DNA from: Chrysomallon squamiferum
Taxonomy: Eukaryota > Animalia > Mollusca
NCBI GenBank assembly: GCA_012295275.1
Contig: CM022676.1
Coordinates: 3,410,001 to 3,474,000 of the forward strand
DNA: 64,000 nt
Direction: 5' to 3'
Position 1 is the stretch's first letter; each line of letters opens with the position of its first letter. Below the pieces are notes generated by a model. The model searched no databases and was not told the origin of the DNA. It was given only the letters and a program-made list of their open reading frames with translations. Positions 29,301 through 62,496 of this stretch are shown here, piece by piece. The position numbers and the translations under genes are program-made.

Positions 29301-29407
29301 TACTAAGTATGTAAGCACAACTTTTAATAAACTGAGGCTATTTGTTATCAATACAGGTACACTTTCGACAATATTTAAACAAAAAAACAAAAAAACAAAG
29401 AACACAA

Positions 29408-47370
<17,963 letters not shown>

Positions 47371-47499
47371 TTAATGATTAATACCTCTTCTTTTGCCCCT
47401 GTGAATTGTTTTAAAACGAACATGGATAGAAAATTTAGTCTTCGCCCCTAACAACATTGTTCCCGATCTCTCATGGCTCTCTCCACTGCACAAACCCTT

Positions 47500-47900
47500 G
47501 GAGTGACGTCACCGTGACGTCAGACTCACGCATTATCGGATTTAAAGGTGGTGTTTCGTATCCGCCGTTGCCAGGGTCCTGCATCATAAGGCCAATACAA
47601 AAATAGTTTCGAAGAAGGTGTATTATTTATATAGGCCGGCTTTAATAATCGAGCTGTTCCATGTATTATAACATACGCATAAAGGCCAAGAAGTAAGAAG
47701 AGAAGAAAATAGATCGTTTGGGCAGAAAATAAATTGATGTGACGTTTGTTTGGCTGCAAAAATCGAAACAGGTGCTTAAAGGTATCGATCGAAATGCGGA
47801 ATGGATGATCTCCGTCTAGCCTGTGACGTAAGAACAAGTGGTCTGATTTCGATATTTACAAACGATGTTTGTTTAATCAAATACTGAAGACGTAAGAATG
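47500..47900 (-). promoter_or_regulatory. SIK proximal promoter: tandem full CREs, TATA-like box, further CRE variants
   Basis: TGACGTCA at 47504 and 47515; minus-strand CTATATAAA near 47626-47634; TGACGTT near 47740, TGACGTAA at 47824; CpG-rich relative to the introns. Confidence 0.7.
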
Positions 47901-48029
47901 AAAAGCTAGCGCTAAGGGCGTAGATCGGGTTGTTATTTGCCTAGTTAGGGCGGTAACTCTTTTGGATGGAGATAGAGGTAGTGTTTATAAAATAGAGCGA
48001 TATAAAAAAAGTAAAAAAAAGTAAAAATG

Positions 48030-48135
<106 letters not shown>

Positions 48136-48192
48136 ATACTAATAGTAAACCAATACATCAACAACCAAGAGAAATAAAAGACTGGTTTTCTG

Positions 48193-48230
<38 letters not shown>

Positions 48231-48278
48231 GGCGGATAAAGGATTTAATTATGGGATACCTAACAATCTAGAGGTTTA

Positions 48279-48338
<60 letters not shown>

Positions 48339-48567
48339 GCAGAATTCACAGAAAAGGTAAACATAGAGATAACTACTAGGTAAATATACTAACACAGATC
48401 ATACGAAAATAAACAGAAAAATCATTTCCATTGCTCATATATGTAGTCAGTTTAAAATCATGTATAGACTGCAGAAATAATGAGAGAGCCCATTGTTATC
48501 ATGCGATAAGCTTTTCTTTTTCTGTCAGCAGTAATGAATATGTTATATGCGCCGACTCATGCACAGT

Positions 48568-48601
<34 letters not shown>

Positions 48602-48684
48602 GAACTTTGATAAACTCCAACACTCGTTGGAAAGAGAAATATTTTATTCCAGCTAAACAAATTTTACTCTGACGTGTGCGTGTT

Positions 48685-48744
<60 letters not shown>

Positions 48745-48962
48745 TGTGTATGTGTGACTGTGCTTGAACCATTACTGGGCCCTTCGCAAGCAACAGTGTA
48801 ACTACTCTTACATTCTTCAGTGGGCTTTTTCCACGACAGGTCTCTGGGAATCTGGATCAATATTTTGAAGTAATGCGGAGTAAGATCGCTCCTGTGTCCC
48901 CTCCTGGATTAGGGGCCTTGAATCTTAAGCTTCGTCAGATCCACACTTGTACTTGTGCGTGC

Positions 48963-49001
<39 letters not shown>

Positions 49002-49475
49002 TGTGTGTGTGTACTTACTCATCAGTCGATTTTAAATATAACACGCCAGAATCAGAAAAAACAAAAAAACGATGCCGTGACGCAAAATAATTTAATTCGA
49101 AAGAGACAGACAGCACGGATGTGTTCTTCTTATGTTATTTTTATTTTTACTTTATTTTTTAATTTTAAAATGATTACTTTATTTTGTTTTGCTATGTTTT
49201 TTTTTTTTTTTTTTTTTTTTTATTTTATTTTATTTTATTTATTTGACTGACCTAAAACTGCACTCCCTTTACGTGCATGAGTACTCAGAAGCTGTTTAGA
49301 AATGAAACTTCGCGTTGAGAAATCAATATAATAACAGAAATGAGAAGCTGATTTTCACATCTAGTGCATGTCTTGTTTCAATCATGATTTCCTTTTCTTT
49401 TATTAAAACTTTAATTTATTTATTTATTTATTTATCATCATTATCTTTATTATTGTTGTTATTATTGTAGTTCTT

Positions 49476-49523
<48 letters not shown>

Positions 49524-49630
49524 AGAACAACAATAATATATATATTTTATAATAATAATAATATAACAACAACAACAATAATAATAATAATAATAATTAT
49601 TATTAAATAAATAATTATTATTAATATAAA

Positions 49631-49676
<46 letters not shown>

Positions 49677-50284
49677 ACATGCTGGAATTCAAATCGATTG
49701 GACCATGTCAAAGAACTGCTCAGTCACGTGACGCGTGTTTATGTCGACGAAAACTGTTTATGTTGACGTCTGGTTTCTTTTATCAACACAATGTGTTAAC
49801 AAGTTAGCAGGTAAGTAAACGTTACGACTTCTGTTATTTTTTTATTATTATTGAACGACGATATTAAGATTCGAACCCAGTTTTACGGCAATTTTAACAA
49901 AAATAGTTTCTGTTTATCATATATATATATATATTTTATATATTTGTTTCGATTTGATTTCTGATTACTAACTCACTAAATCGTCGACAAAATTTAGAAA
50001 TTATTCAGCATTATTTTCAACATATATTTTTAATTATCGATTGTCGTAACAGGACAAGGTATTACAACCATTCATGTTTTATGACAGGTAAATATGTAAA
50101 TTAGCTAACAACGTGTATTTTGTTTTAATAAGTCAAAAAGCAACCAAATAAATTAAATTAATATAATTTTAGACATCTGAATATTAATTAACGAATAATA
50201 ATTTCTTTAATGAAACCTCGTTATACATTAATATTGTCGCCTATGACTAAAAATAAAGAGTGTGTTGTTTATTTTCGATATAAG

Positions 50285-50393
<109 letters not shown>

Positions 50394-50541
50394 TGTCATT
50401 GGTCTCCTTAGGTCTACGTCAGTATTTTCCAAATAGGGGGTGATATCGTTCCTTAGGCGGGGGGGGGAGCTTTAAAGATAATTCCCAGTTTCTTCGACCT
50501 TTTATTCAATGTGTATTGAGAAAACAAAAAAAACAAACAAC

Positions 50542-50582
<41 letters not shown>

Positions 50583-50901
50583 TAACAAGGAAAATGGACT
50601 GTCTTATAGTTAGCCTTGAAATCAGTAAGCAAAAAGCGATCGATACGAAGCTATGGAGCTGAATTGTTAATGATACCCAGAGGTTTGAGAATCACTAGAA
50701 TAAGATACACCTTGCAGTACAACTAAAAAACGGAAATAACTTTAAGCAGCCTGGTAGCAAAGGCGCATGTTTGTTGATCTGAGATATAAAGGGTTAAAAC
50801 TACATAGTGTATGCAATAAAATGAAATGAGGCATGATTGAAATTTTCTACAGAAATGCTTAGATTCACTCATTATTGGAGAGCAACGTGTTTTATCAATT
50901 A

Positions 50902-50932
<31 letters not shown>

Positions 50933-51405
50933 TTTTATTATAACATCTTTCACGTGGAAATAAATAAATAAATAAATAAATAACTTGCCATATTTGCAAA
51001 ATGAATCACTGCTTTGATTAACATAATGGCTATGGAAACTTGCAACGTTTTCTTGCAACGTTCAGTGCCAAGGCGGCACAGAGTACAAAGTTTGATATCG
51101 ACAATGATGTAAAATGATGTAATAGGGAAAACGTATCCTAAGTGGATCTACAGTCTGGAGTACTCTTTACCTTTGTCTCATTTGTAGTTCAGTACGAAAA
51201 ACAACAACAACAACAAAAATATATATATAAAAAAATACAAAAATAAAAATAGGTAACAGAAAAAAGAAAAATATTAAAAAGAAAAACTAAAGAAAATAAT
51301 ACAATTTAATTGTATAAATAAAACAAAATAAAATAAAATAAAATAAAATAAAATGAAATAAAATAAAATAAAATAAGTATATATAAAATAATATAATAAA
51401 ATAAA

Positions 51406-51439
<34 letters not shown>

Positions 51440-52383
51440 ACCAACAACAAACAAACAAAAAGTCTATGGAGTTTAATCGTTTGGGAGGTTAAAGAAACTA
51501 TAAAACGAAGAAGAAATGGCGTAAATTACCGATTGTAACATTTAGAATGTTCGAGAGAGAAAGGCTGGCAATAACCGCCTGAGATAACAAGCCAGATAAC
51601 TAGTTTCAGTTTGTTTTCTTTAAGTGCAGGTCGATTCAGCCAAACTGTCTGATTGAAAAGAAAATGGCATTCCATATTTATGACGTAAGCGCGCGAGCAA
51701 CGCCAGTGAAAGTAGCAGACGAACTGAGCAGAGCACTGCACCGGGTTACAAAGTTTCGCGGTAAGTATACCGTAACCGACCACAATGAACTGACCCAGTT
51801 TCTTGATAATTTACTTACTGCTTTAACATTGTTCGTTTATTTATTTATTTATTTATTTGTTTATTTATTACTGTTATTCTTATGTAAAATAAACGCACAC
51901 ACACACATACAAGTGACATTCTCATAGTAACACATATACATAATTATATAAACACACATCCATAATTATATAAACACATATACATACTTACACACAGACA
52001 CGTACATACATATATACACGTACATTAATGCATATATTACCATTCTTCTTCTTCTTTTTCTGTTTCTTCTTCTTATTATTATTAGTTTCATTAAAAGTTA
52101 CAGTACAATGACAGAAATATGATACAAACATATATTTTTACACATTATTTATATGACAATGGTAACAACAACGCTAATAATAATACCATGCTATATTATA
52201 AGATACCATACTCTGTTTTGTGACATACACAGTTAGGCTACACATATCTTTGCTGGATGTTATGTACGTTATATACGTCAATAACTTTGAAACAAAATAA
52301 AAACCGATGCCATTTTGACAAGAATTTCTTATTTAACTGAACAATAAATGCTTAAAACCAGTTTCGATTTTTATTTCTATTAT

Positions 52384-52430
<47 letters not shown>

Positions 52431-53081
52431 TACTATTATTATTAACGTCATCGTCATCATCATCATCATCAGTCTTCTTCTTATTTTTATTAATCGACTA
52501 AACGTCCATTTTCTGTTATCAGCGATTAGTGTCAAAATAAAGTTTTATAGAAGATGTAACCGCGCGCAATACTACAAATAGCATTGTTTATAAATAGAAT
52601 TTTGAACTATAAATAGACCTATTCCGCGAGCTGCAATGTAGGGCACACCAATGATAAAAGCCGCAAGTAAATAATGAGCCTTAGGCCATTTAGAAAAATT
52701 ATTCACCCTCGATCTGGCAGTCTAATTATTATTTTATTTTATTCTGCTTTGCTCTGCCAAATAATTTTGTTTATTTATTTGTTTGTTTGATAATAATGAT
52801 GATGATAAGGATGATTATGATGATAATAATAAATAAAATGTATTTATACATACGACAAGGACATTGAGATAACTAAGAAAATAAATAAATATGTTATTCT
52901 TTTCCAGTTAGAACTTAAAGTTTGTTTATAGACAGGCTATCACAAACCATGGCGTTTGGTATTATATGTAAGGAGCTCTGGTTGGAACGAGATGTTGTAA
53001 CTCACTGTAATAAAATTTGGTTGCTAAAACGACAAATTCTTCTTCTTCTTCTTCTTCTTCTTCTTATTATATTTATTAGTT

Positions 53082-53176
<95 letters not shown>

Positions 53177-54239
53177 GAACTGTTATTAATATTTATCTTG
53201 TTGTCGTTACTACTACATTATGTACTTGTTTCTCTTTATCGCTAACTGATTAACATTATTCAAAACGGCTGATAATCACCTACACAGACTGCATTTTATT
53301 TTTTCAATTCTACTTCGCATTATCAGTCAAAGTCCCGGAATACGTACTGTGTGGCTATTTTTAAATGTCTGTGTGTTTTTTTCCTCTCTCACAGATTCGC
53401 TTATGTAACAGTAGCAGATAAATTGCTTCAATGTTTCCGTCATTTATTTATTGCTTGTTTATTTATTTATTTATTTATTTGCTTGTTTGTTTATTTATTT
53501 ATTTGCTTGTTTATTTATTTATTTATTTATTTATTTATTTGTGTGTTTGTTTGTTTGTTTTGTTGTTTTGTTATTTATTTCAAGATCAATAAACTTAATT
53601 TTATTTTTATTTTATTTTTTTTTTCAGACATAATTTTGGCTAATTAAGTTTTTCGAAAAACTTTCTTAAAACCGAGCACGGACGCAGCTCAAATAAAAAA
53701 AAGATAATAAAATTAAATTAAATAACAAGAACAATAAAGCAACAACAACAACAACAACAACAAAAGCCAAACATAACTCCTCTACTCCCCTACCACGTAC
53801 CCCCACACATACCCATTTATTTTAAAATGCTATGGATTAATATCTCAGAACTAACACCTGTCTTCCTAATAACAATGACATTGTCCGGGTTTCAACAACA
53901 ACGACAAAACAACAACAACAACAAAAAAACAACAAAACAACAACAACAACATACATAACACACATTCATACACAGATATATACACACTCGTGAATGTACT
54001 CAACACACTCAAACACAAACGTATGTATGTATGTATTTGTGTGTGTTTATGTATGTATGTATGTATGTATGTATGTATAAATAAGAAACGAAAAATCGAG
54101 GTAGGATATTTTATAATAAAATAAAAAGAAAAGAAAAGAAAAGAAAAGAAAAGAAAACTAAATAAAAGATTGGTCACAGAAGGTAAAGTTTTGATGTTTA
54201 CGCCAAGTAAATATATACTTGATTTATTTTTACTGATGT

Positions 54240-54660
54240 GCATGTGTGTGTGTGTGTGTGTGTCTGTCCGTGTCTGTCCGTGTGTCTGTGTGTGCATGTG
54301 TCTGTCCGTGCGTCTGTGTGTGCATGTGTATGTCCGTGTGTGTGTGTGTCTGTGTCTGTCCGTGTGTCTGTGTCTGTCCGTGTGTATGTGTATGTCCGTG
54401 TGTCTGTGTGTGTACGTGTCTGTCCGTGTGTCTGTGTGTGTACGTGTCTGTCCGTGTGTCTGTGTGTGTATGTGTATGTCCGTGTGTCTGTGTGTGTATG
54501 TGTCTGTCCGTGTGTCTGTGTGTGCATGTGTATGTCCGTGTGTCTGTGTGTGTATGTGTATGTCCGTGTGTCTGTGTGTGTATGTGTCTGTGTTTGTATG
54601 TGTATTTCCGTGTGTCTGGATGTGTATGTGTCTGTCCGTGTGTCTGTGTGTGTGTGTTTG
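54240..54660. repeat. GT-derived compound minisatellite
   Basis: recurrent TGTCCGTGTGTCTGTGTGTG units. Confidence 0.9.
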
Positions 54661-56250
54661 TCCATCCCTGAACCCCTTCATGGAACCGCCGCGTCTTTCA
54701 TTATTTCACTGATTTTTGTTTGGTTTTTATTTCAGACAAAATTAACAAACATCAACTAAATAAATATAACTGTTACAACACAAGCAAGCAATATAAACAA
54801 ACATAATTATTTGCCAAATAATAAGAAGTAGTAAAAAAAAAAAAAAATAAATAATAAATAACGATATGAAAAGGTATCGCAGCAAGAAAATAAATCAAAA
54901 GCTACGACGTAAATAAATAAAAGGATTTTCTGACGCTCGTAATAATAAAAAAATAATTAACTTTATCACTTTTCACGCTGCAGCAGTAACAGCCGCAACT
55001 CCTTAACAAAGTTCGCTTGCAGCGAGTGACGCATGCGCGTTCCTGTTTTCCATTCAAAGTTTTATTTCCCGTGAACACTGCGCTCCGCTCCGCTCGTCTG
55101 CTGCCAATTTCTGAGCGCTTCGAGCCCTCTGTGACGCAGGAAGGCAGCCTACCAACAGTCTTGTTGTGGTGCCTCTTGTATTCGTGGAGGAAATCAATAA
55201 CCATACAATGACATCATTTGTTTGAAAGTCGTCTGCCTTGCTGTGGGTAGTTTGCCGAAGGCTTCGGTAATTTCCGACAGAGAAAAATGAAGACGATGTG
55301 GGGTAAAAAAAGAGTAATAAATAAATAAATAAATAAATAAATAGCACTATTACTACTACTACTACTACTACTACTACTGCTACTACTGCTAACAACAACA
55401 ACAGCAACAACAACAACAACAACAATAATAATAATAATAATAATCATAACAATAATAATAATAATAAGAAGAAGAAGAAGAAGAAGAGGAGGAATTAGAA
55501 GATACAAAAGAAACTGAATTAATCAAAACAAATTTCATAATGCACGAGTATAAATAGGATTTTATTTAGATAATTTAATTTCTTTACCTTCGCAACCTTC
55601 TTGTTCCGTAAAACTTTATTATTAATAAAGGATGGTAAGCAAAAACAAACCAATGTATTGAAGATTTATTTTCTTCAACAGTGGGTCATTATATGTATAA
55701 ATTATTAAACGATACCTAAATATATTGTGAAAAGTCATTTTACAAATATATAAAATACATAAATAATGTTTTAACTGCAACAAGCTTCTGAGCTGAGAAA
55801 TTATTAAACTGCATAACATTTTGATACGACAGTTTTGTAGATAGTCAACTACGGTACAGTTTCAGAGAATTGTGCACGTTAAACTTTAGATCCAGCAAGA
55901 ACACACATGTACACAACACATATATACATAGATGCATAAATACCTTTAAAAATACATATATACATACATACTAATCTACCTACATATATGAATGCATATA
56001 TTCAAACACACTTATACATACATACACACAAACTTAGATACACTGACGCACACACACACACACACCTTTATACATACATACAAAATAAAAATACATACAC
56101 AGATTATAAGCACAGAAATACATACAATGATAATATTATATACATACATATACACACATACATATATGCATTCATTCATACATACATACATACATACATA
56201 CATATGCATACATACATACATACACAAACACAGGTACATGCACATATTAT

Positions 56251-56348
56251 GGAAAGGGTGCCAAAGGTTCGAGTCTCGTCAACGGCACATGATAGTGTTT
56301 TTGTGAGATCATCATTTGAACTTTGTCCTCCTGCGCCAGTGCGTTCCC
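56251..56348 (+). mobile_element. tRNA-derived SINE-like element, copy 2 (5' truncated or degenerate)
   Basis: GGTTCGAGTCTCGTCAACGGCA...TTTGTGAG...ACTTTGTCCTCCTGCGCCAGTGCGTTCCC aligns with 8164-8252. Confidence 0.7.
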
Positions 56349-58123
56349 TCATACACACATACATAAATACCTACACAAAAATCATGATGAATATTATTAT
56401 TATTATCATCATCATTAATGGAAATTACATCTAGGATATGTATGGCACTCATCCCCTGCTTCAGAAAACATGGACCCGCCCTTTGTCTTAGTCACCAGCT
56501 GAGACGAAACTCACGTGAGCGCAAATGAAGAAAACACATTTTTAACACGAACTCCAAACACTTCGTTTGTTTACGAAAAACCAGTCGTGAAAAGTTTCGC
56601 GTCTAAGTTACTCAATTACTTTGCTGTCGCCTTTAGACCCAGTTACGTCACGAGCTTCGATCGTAACTAAGGAGCTGTGACGTAAGCAACGAAGCAATGC
56701 ACGACAACTAATAATAATGAAGCTAGTCGATTGAAACAAAGTTAACTGAAACGTAAGAGCGCTTTGGTCGTTGTTAATGGAAACGATGACACGAACGTAC
56801 CTGGGATCGCTTCGCTGAAGCGGAAAGCAGAATAGTAGATTGTATGTAAATGGAAAACGTGTTATTATTTACGTATGCATGTGTTTTGGTTGCTTTTATG
56901 AGGAAACAAATAGCTGAGTTTTATTTATTTATTTCTTATTGTTTCTATTATTGAAAGAGCACATACACAGTAGTGTTATTTAGAACAGGAAAGTCAACTG
57001 ATTTTCCTTTCCTTTCTGTGTATGAGTAAGTATATATGTGTGTGTATGTGCTGTTTTTATTATATGTATGTGTTTCCATATATGTGTATATATGTGTATC
57101 TGTATGTATATTTGTGTATGCGTATGTATAGGTTTGTATGCAGTTTGTACGTATGTATGTTTGTATCTATGTATGTTTGTATGTGTACTAATTATATATA
57201 TATATATATATATATTTATATCTATCATGATTATATCTGTATGTCTCTATATAGAAACATATACAAACTAATTATATATATATATATGTGTATATAATTG
57301 TGCATACTGTGTGTGTGATTATATCTGTCTGTGTGTGTGTATATATAGAAACATATACAAAAAAAAATGTGTGTGTCTGTGTGTGTGTCTGTGAGTGTGT
57401 GTCTGTGTGTGTGTGTGTGTGTGTATGTGTGTGTGTGTGTGTGAGTGTGTGTGTGTGTGTGTGATTCTCTGTGTGTGTGTGTGATTTTCTGTTTTGTGTA
57501 CGTGGGTGAAAATGTCTGTTTGCGTTCGTGTTTTTAATCTGTAAAAAAATCCCCAAAACAAAATGAATAAAAATGAGTTTGTGAACATGTTTGAAAATAC
57601 CTGCGGCAATTTCAATTTCCAGAGAAAAACAAATATATATAAATATATATACATATATTCTGCTATTCAAATACAACATTATATTTAATTTTCTCATGAT
57701 CTTGTTTTTAAGAGCTTACCCATTTACTCGGCAATTTAGAACAGATTTATTTAAACCATTTTACGTCAACCAAGTGCGTATTTGTATTCACCACATAAAC
57801 CACAATTTCGGGAGATCGGCTAATTTGCGAAACGATATTTGAAACCAAACCTCACGCGATTCTGACGTCATCAAATATGTCGGGTAAGGGTGAGACTGGA
57901 GAGAGAGTAAAAACGCTTGAAGCTCTTTCTAATAATTGGAAATGTGATATTCTGGAAAACAGTTTTGAAGTTTTTGTCTTACGAATGTCTTCTTCTGTCT
58001 GAATCAGACAGTAATGACACGAAATGAACGACCACAGTAAACCGTTTTTTTTTTTAAAAAAAGAACTTAAATTTATTTTTTAACATTAAATACGGTAGTT
58101 ATAAAGTGACGGGTGAAAAAAAG

Positions 58124-58156
<33 letters not shown>

Positions 58157-58502
58157 AGAAATGAAATGAAAGAAAGACAAAAATAAAAATAAATTTAAAG
58201 AATGTGAAAGGAATGAGAGAGATTTATTTAATAATAATAAAGATGATGATGTTACAATACTAGTACTACTCCTGCTACTACTACTTCTAATGATGATGAT
58301 GATGATGATGATATAGAAGATGATGCTGGTGATGATGATAAAATCAATAAAAGAAGAAGAAGATGAAGAAAAAGAAGAAAAAGAAGAAGAAGAAGAACAA
58401 CAACAACAACAGAAACAATGATATATTATAACCTTTGATAACTAGCTTAAGGAACTGGCAAGAACGGAAGGACATTTAAAAAATTTGTATTAATTAATTT
58501 TG

Positions 58503-58559
<57 letters not shown>

Positions 58560-59194
58560 ACTTAAGGTAAAAAAAAATGTGTACGTACGTAAACATGCAT
58601 GTATGGATGTACGTATATATATATATATTTATAAATAGACCTGTGTGTGTGTATGTGTGCGTGTGCATTTATATGATTTTCTTACTAATTATTTTAGAGA
58701 ACAACAAAAGAGTTTTGCAATATTTTTACTCTTAAGTAATATAACATCAGAAAAATAACTTTAAGAAAAAAAAAAAACCAAAATAAAACAAAACATGAAA
58801 ACAAGGGGGAAAAAAAATTGAAAAAGAAGAAAAAAAAAAATTCATCCACTTAACCCGAAGGGATGATTTCCACTGCAAATCAATCGCCTTAATTGAGCAT
58901 TAGTTAAAAGCGTTAGGCTATGAAAGAATGACGTCACCATGACGTAAATGTATTCATGGCTGCCGGTTACCCCGGCAACAAAGAGCCGTTAAGTTTTGTG
59001 CCGATTATTGATAACTGATGCACGGTATTTCAATCTTTGTAAACGGCAGAAGACACGACGGAAGGCGGAAAGCATTGTAGAGTTTTCACATCAAGTTTCT
59101 CGTGAAAGTGGAACGAAAAGTCGAACACAGATAGTGTGCAGTAGTTAACATGCTTATACCAGATTTTTATACTGATAGAAGCTTTTAAAGATTT

Positions 59195-59233
59195 TAAGAG
59201 AGAGATAGAGATAGACACAGACAGACAGAGAGA

Positions 59234-59270
<37 letters not shown>

Positions 59271-59578
59271 AGAGAGAGAGCGAGAGAGAGGGAGGAGGGA
59301 GGGGGGGGAGGAGATGGAGGGAGGGAGAAGAAAGAGGAGGGAGAGACAGAGAGATAGGGGAAGAAAGAGAGAGAGAGAGAAAGGTGTAAATAGGTGACAG
59401 ATAAATAAATAATAGAAGTTTTGTAGCTGAGAGAGATAAAAAAAAAAAGTAGCCTGAAGGCAGATTATGTAGATAAACTGACAGACAAACAGATGGACAG
59501 ATAAAACAGAAGAAGGAACAAAAATGTAGTTAAAGACAGATAACCACAGATCAAGGCAGAAATAGACACTAAAACAAC

Positions 59579-59643
<65 letters not shown>

Positions 59644-59645
59644 CT

Positions 59646-59729
<84 letters not shown>

Positions 59730-59740
59730 AGAGAGGGGTG
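59195..59740. repeat. GA-rich polypurine microsatellite block
   Basis: (GA)n and GGAG runs. Confidence 0.9.
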
Positions 59741-59996
59741 GGGTAGACAGAGGTATTTGTAATGTAAGTTGGGTTATGTTAACCAGTGTAAGAAAATTCT
59801 GACTAATTTACTGTAGTTTTATATTTCAGGAATGGTTCTGTTAAATACACATGCTGTGATGTTATTTTAAATACTATTGTCTGCGCGGAAATAAAGGGGC
59901 TCTCGTGTATATGTTTGTGTGTGTCTGTTTATGTGTGAGTGTGTGTGTGTATGTGTGTTTATATGAGTGCTCCGATGTGTGTGCATATGATATGTG

Positions 59997-60036
<40 letters not shown>

Positions 60037-60188
60037 AGAAAAAAGAAAAAGAAAGGACTAAGTAAAAACCCAGTTCAGTTAGAAATAAGTTTAATCTACG
60101 ATGCCAGTAACAGCAGCAGCAACAACAACTTCAACAACAGTATCCACAACAACAACGACAACATCATTATCATCATCAACAACAGCAA

Positions 60189-60244
<56 letters not shown>

Positions 60245-60679
60245 ATACTAAAAATAACCGCAACCGTAAAGGTAATAAATAAATAAATAAATAAAACCAT
60301 TCAGTAAATATTCAGCAGCAAAAATAACGTCAGCAAAAATAATCTCGATGAGTCGTACCTGCGTTTTTTTTTTCAAAGTTTTCTATTTTTAGGAGAAAAG
60401 AAAACCTTGCAAGGAAAACAACGAAGTATGGAATTTTATTTTCAGAGGTTTTGTGATCAATTTAAACATTTCTTGCTTGCACGGTGACTGCGAGCCAAAA
60501 ATACAAGCGTTTTGTTTCAGTAGTGACGTCATTGCTTCTGCGGATTTGCGTTCGTTCGACATTTATTTTGGACAAAAGGCAAGAATTCTGAACCGAATAA
60601 TTTTCTTCTAATATTGATCAGAAAACGCGCGTCAGAGAGAGAGAGATAGTCGATAGATCGAGGTATCTTGAAATATTTA

Positions 60680-60774
<95 letters not shown>

Positions 60775-60783
60775 TGTGTGTGT

Positions 60784-60970
60784 GTGAAAGAACAATAAAT
60801 AAAGAGAGAGAGAAAAAAAGATAGAAAGAGAGATAGATAGACAGAGAGAGAGTGTGTGAAAGAACAATAAATAAAGAGAGAGAGAAAGAGAGTGAGAGAC
60901 AGATAGAGAGAGAGAGATAGAGAGAGATTGCGTGAAAGAACAATAAATAAAGAGAGAAAAAGAGAGAGAG
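60784..60970. repeat. Three ~72-76-nt tandem units embedded in (GA)n
   Basis: GTGAAAGAACAATAAATAAAGAGAGA at 60784, 60856, 60932. Confidence 0.85.
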
Positions 60971-61083
60971 ACATAAAGACAGAAGAGAGATAGACAAAGA
61001 GAGAGAAAAAGTAATAGAGAGACATGCAGTATACATATATATAATAAAAATTTATGTTTGTATTTTTGTATGTTAAAACATAA

Positions 61084-61137
<54 letters not shown>

Positions 61138-61470
61138 GTGTTTTATATATGCGTTCAAAAGACAGATGAAGAGATATAGAAGTTATAGGAACAGGTGGCT
61201 AAACAGATTATACATATATACATGCAGGTGGACAGACAGTAAGATAGACAGATAGACTGACAGATATATTTTAATTAAATAATGAAAAAGACACTGTTTT
61301 GTCTGTTTTACATGTAATTAAGAACTTTTAGAAAAATCAGCTATCTTCTTCTTCTTCTTCTTCTTATTCTTCTTATTGTTATTGTTATTATTATTTTTAG
61401 TATTCTTATTATTATCACAGACTTCATGATGATGATGATGATCATCATCATCACAATTGCTATTATTATT

Positions 61471-61505
<35 letters not shown>

Positions 61506-61988
61506 TATCATCATTATTTTTGTTACAACTGTTCTTAAAATCAGATGTAAGTCTGGATAACATTATTGAATTATAATCGCATAAAGTTGCAAAGTCTCTG
61601 CTGTAACACAGAAATTAATTTGTAAAAGCTGCACAGAAAACGTGTCTGGTATTTTTAGATAGTTCGTGGTACGTACCGGTGTTTTGAATGAACTAGACTG
61701 GTTCTGTATCATCGCATTGAAAACATTTCAGTTGTTATGTGCGCGTGCCAACAGACTCTGACGTCGTATGACGTATATACGGGATTAAATGGGGGAAAAA
61801 AAGAAAAGAAAAAAAAGATGGGTGAACGAACAAAAATGTAATCTTTAGAAAGAAAATAGCGGTCAATAGTGTTTGAAAAACTCTCGCATGTAGACTGTGT
61901 GCAAATATTCTGAATTGTTCTCTCAAACAAGCGCATAGCTACAGGCTACACTAAACCAAAGCCATTGCGATTTTTTGAAGACCAAGTT

Positions 61989-62026
<38 letters not shown>

Positions 62027-62179
62027 TTTTTTCTTTATTTCTTTATAACTGAACGTAGTACTCATGGACATAGTGTTCACTACAGTTATATTTGAATCTC
62101 CACCCATGTGGAGACTCCCCCACACCCAAAAGTCGCATAGGTTTGACCGTATGAATAGTATGGTAAGGAATATTTAGAA

Positions 62180-62459
62180 ATTAATAATAATAATAATAAT
62201 AATAATTGAATAATAATAATAATAATAATAATAATATTAATAATAATAATAATAATCATAATAATAATAATAATAATAGTATTAATAATATTAATAATCA
62301 TAATAATAATCATAATACTAATCATAATAATAATCATAATAATAATAATAATAATAGTATTAATAATAATAGTAGTAATAGTAGTAGTAGTAGTAGTAGT
62401 AGTAATAATAATAATAAAGTAGTAATAGGAGTTGTAGTAGTAATGATAATAATAATAAT

Positions 62460-62495
<36 letters not shown>
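62180..62495. repeat. (AAT)n(AGT)n(AAC)n compound microsatellite
   Basis: visible trinucleotide runs. Confidence 0.93.

Positions 62496-62496
<1 letters not shown>

Noticed and set aside
53866-54759. Long HT- and CV-rich ORFs (up to 271 aa)
   Set aside because: Translations of the GT/AC minisatellite.
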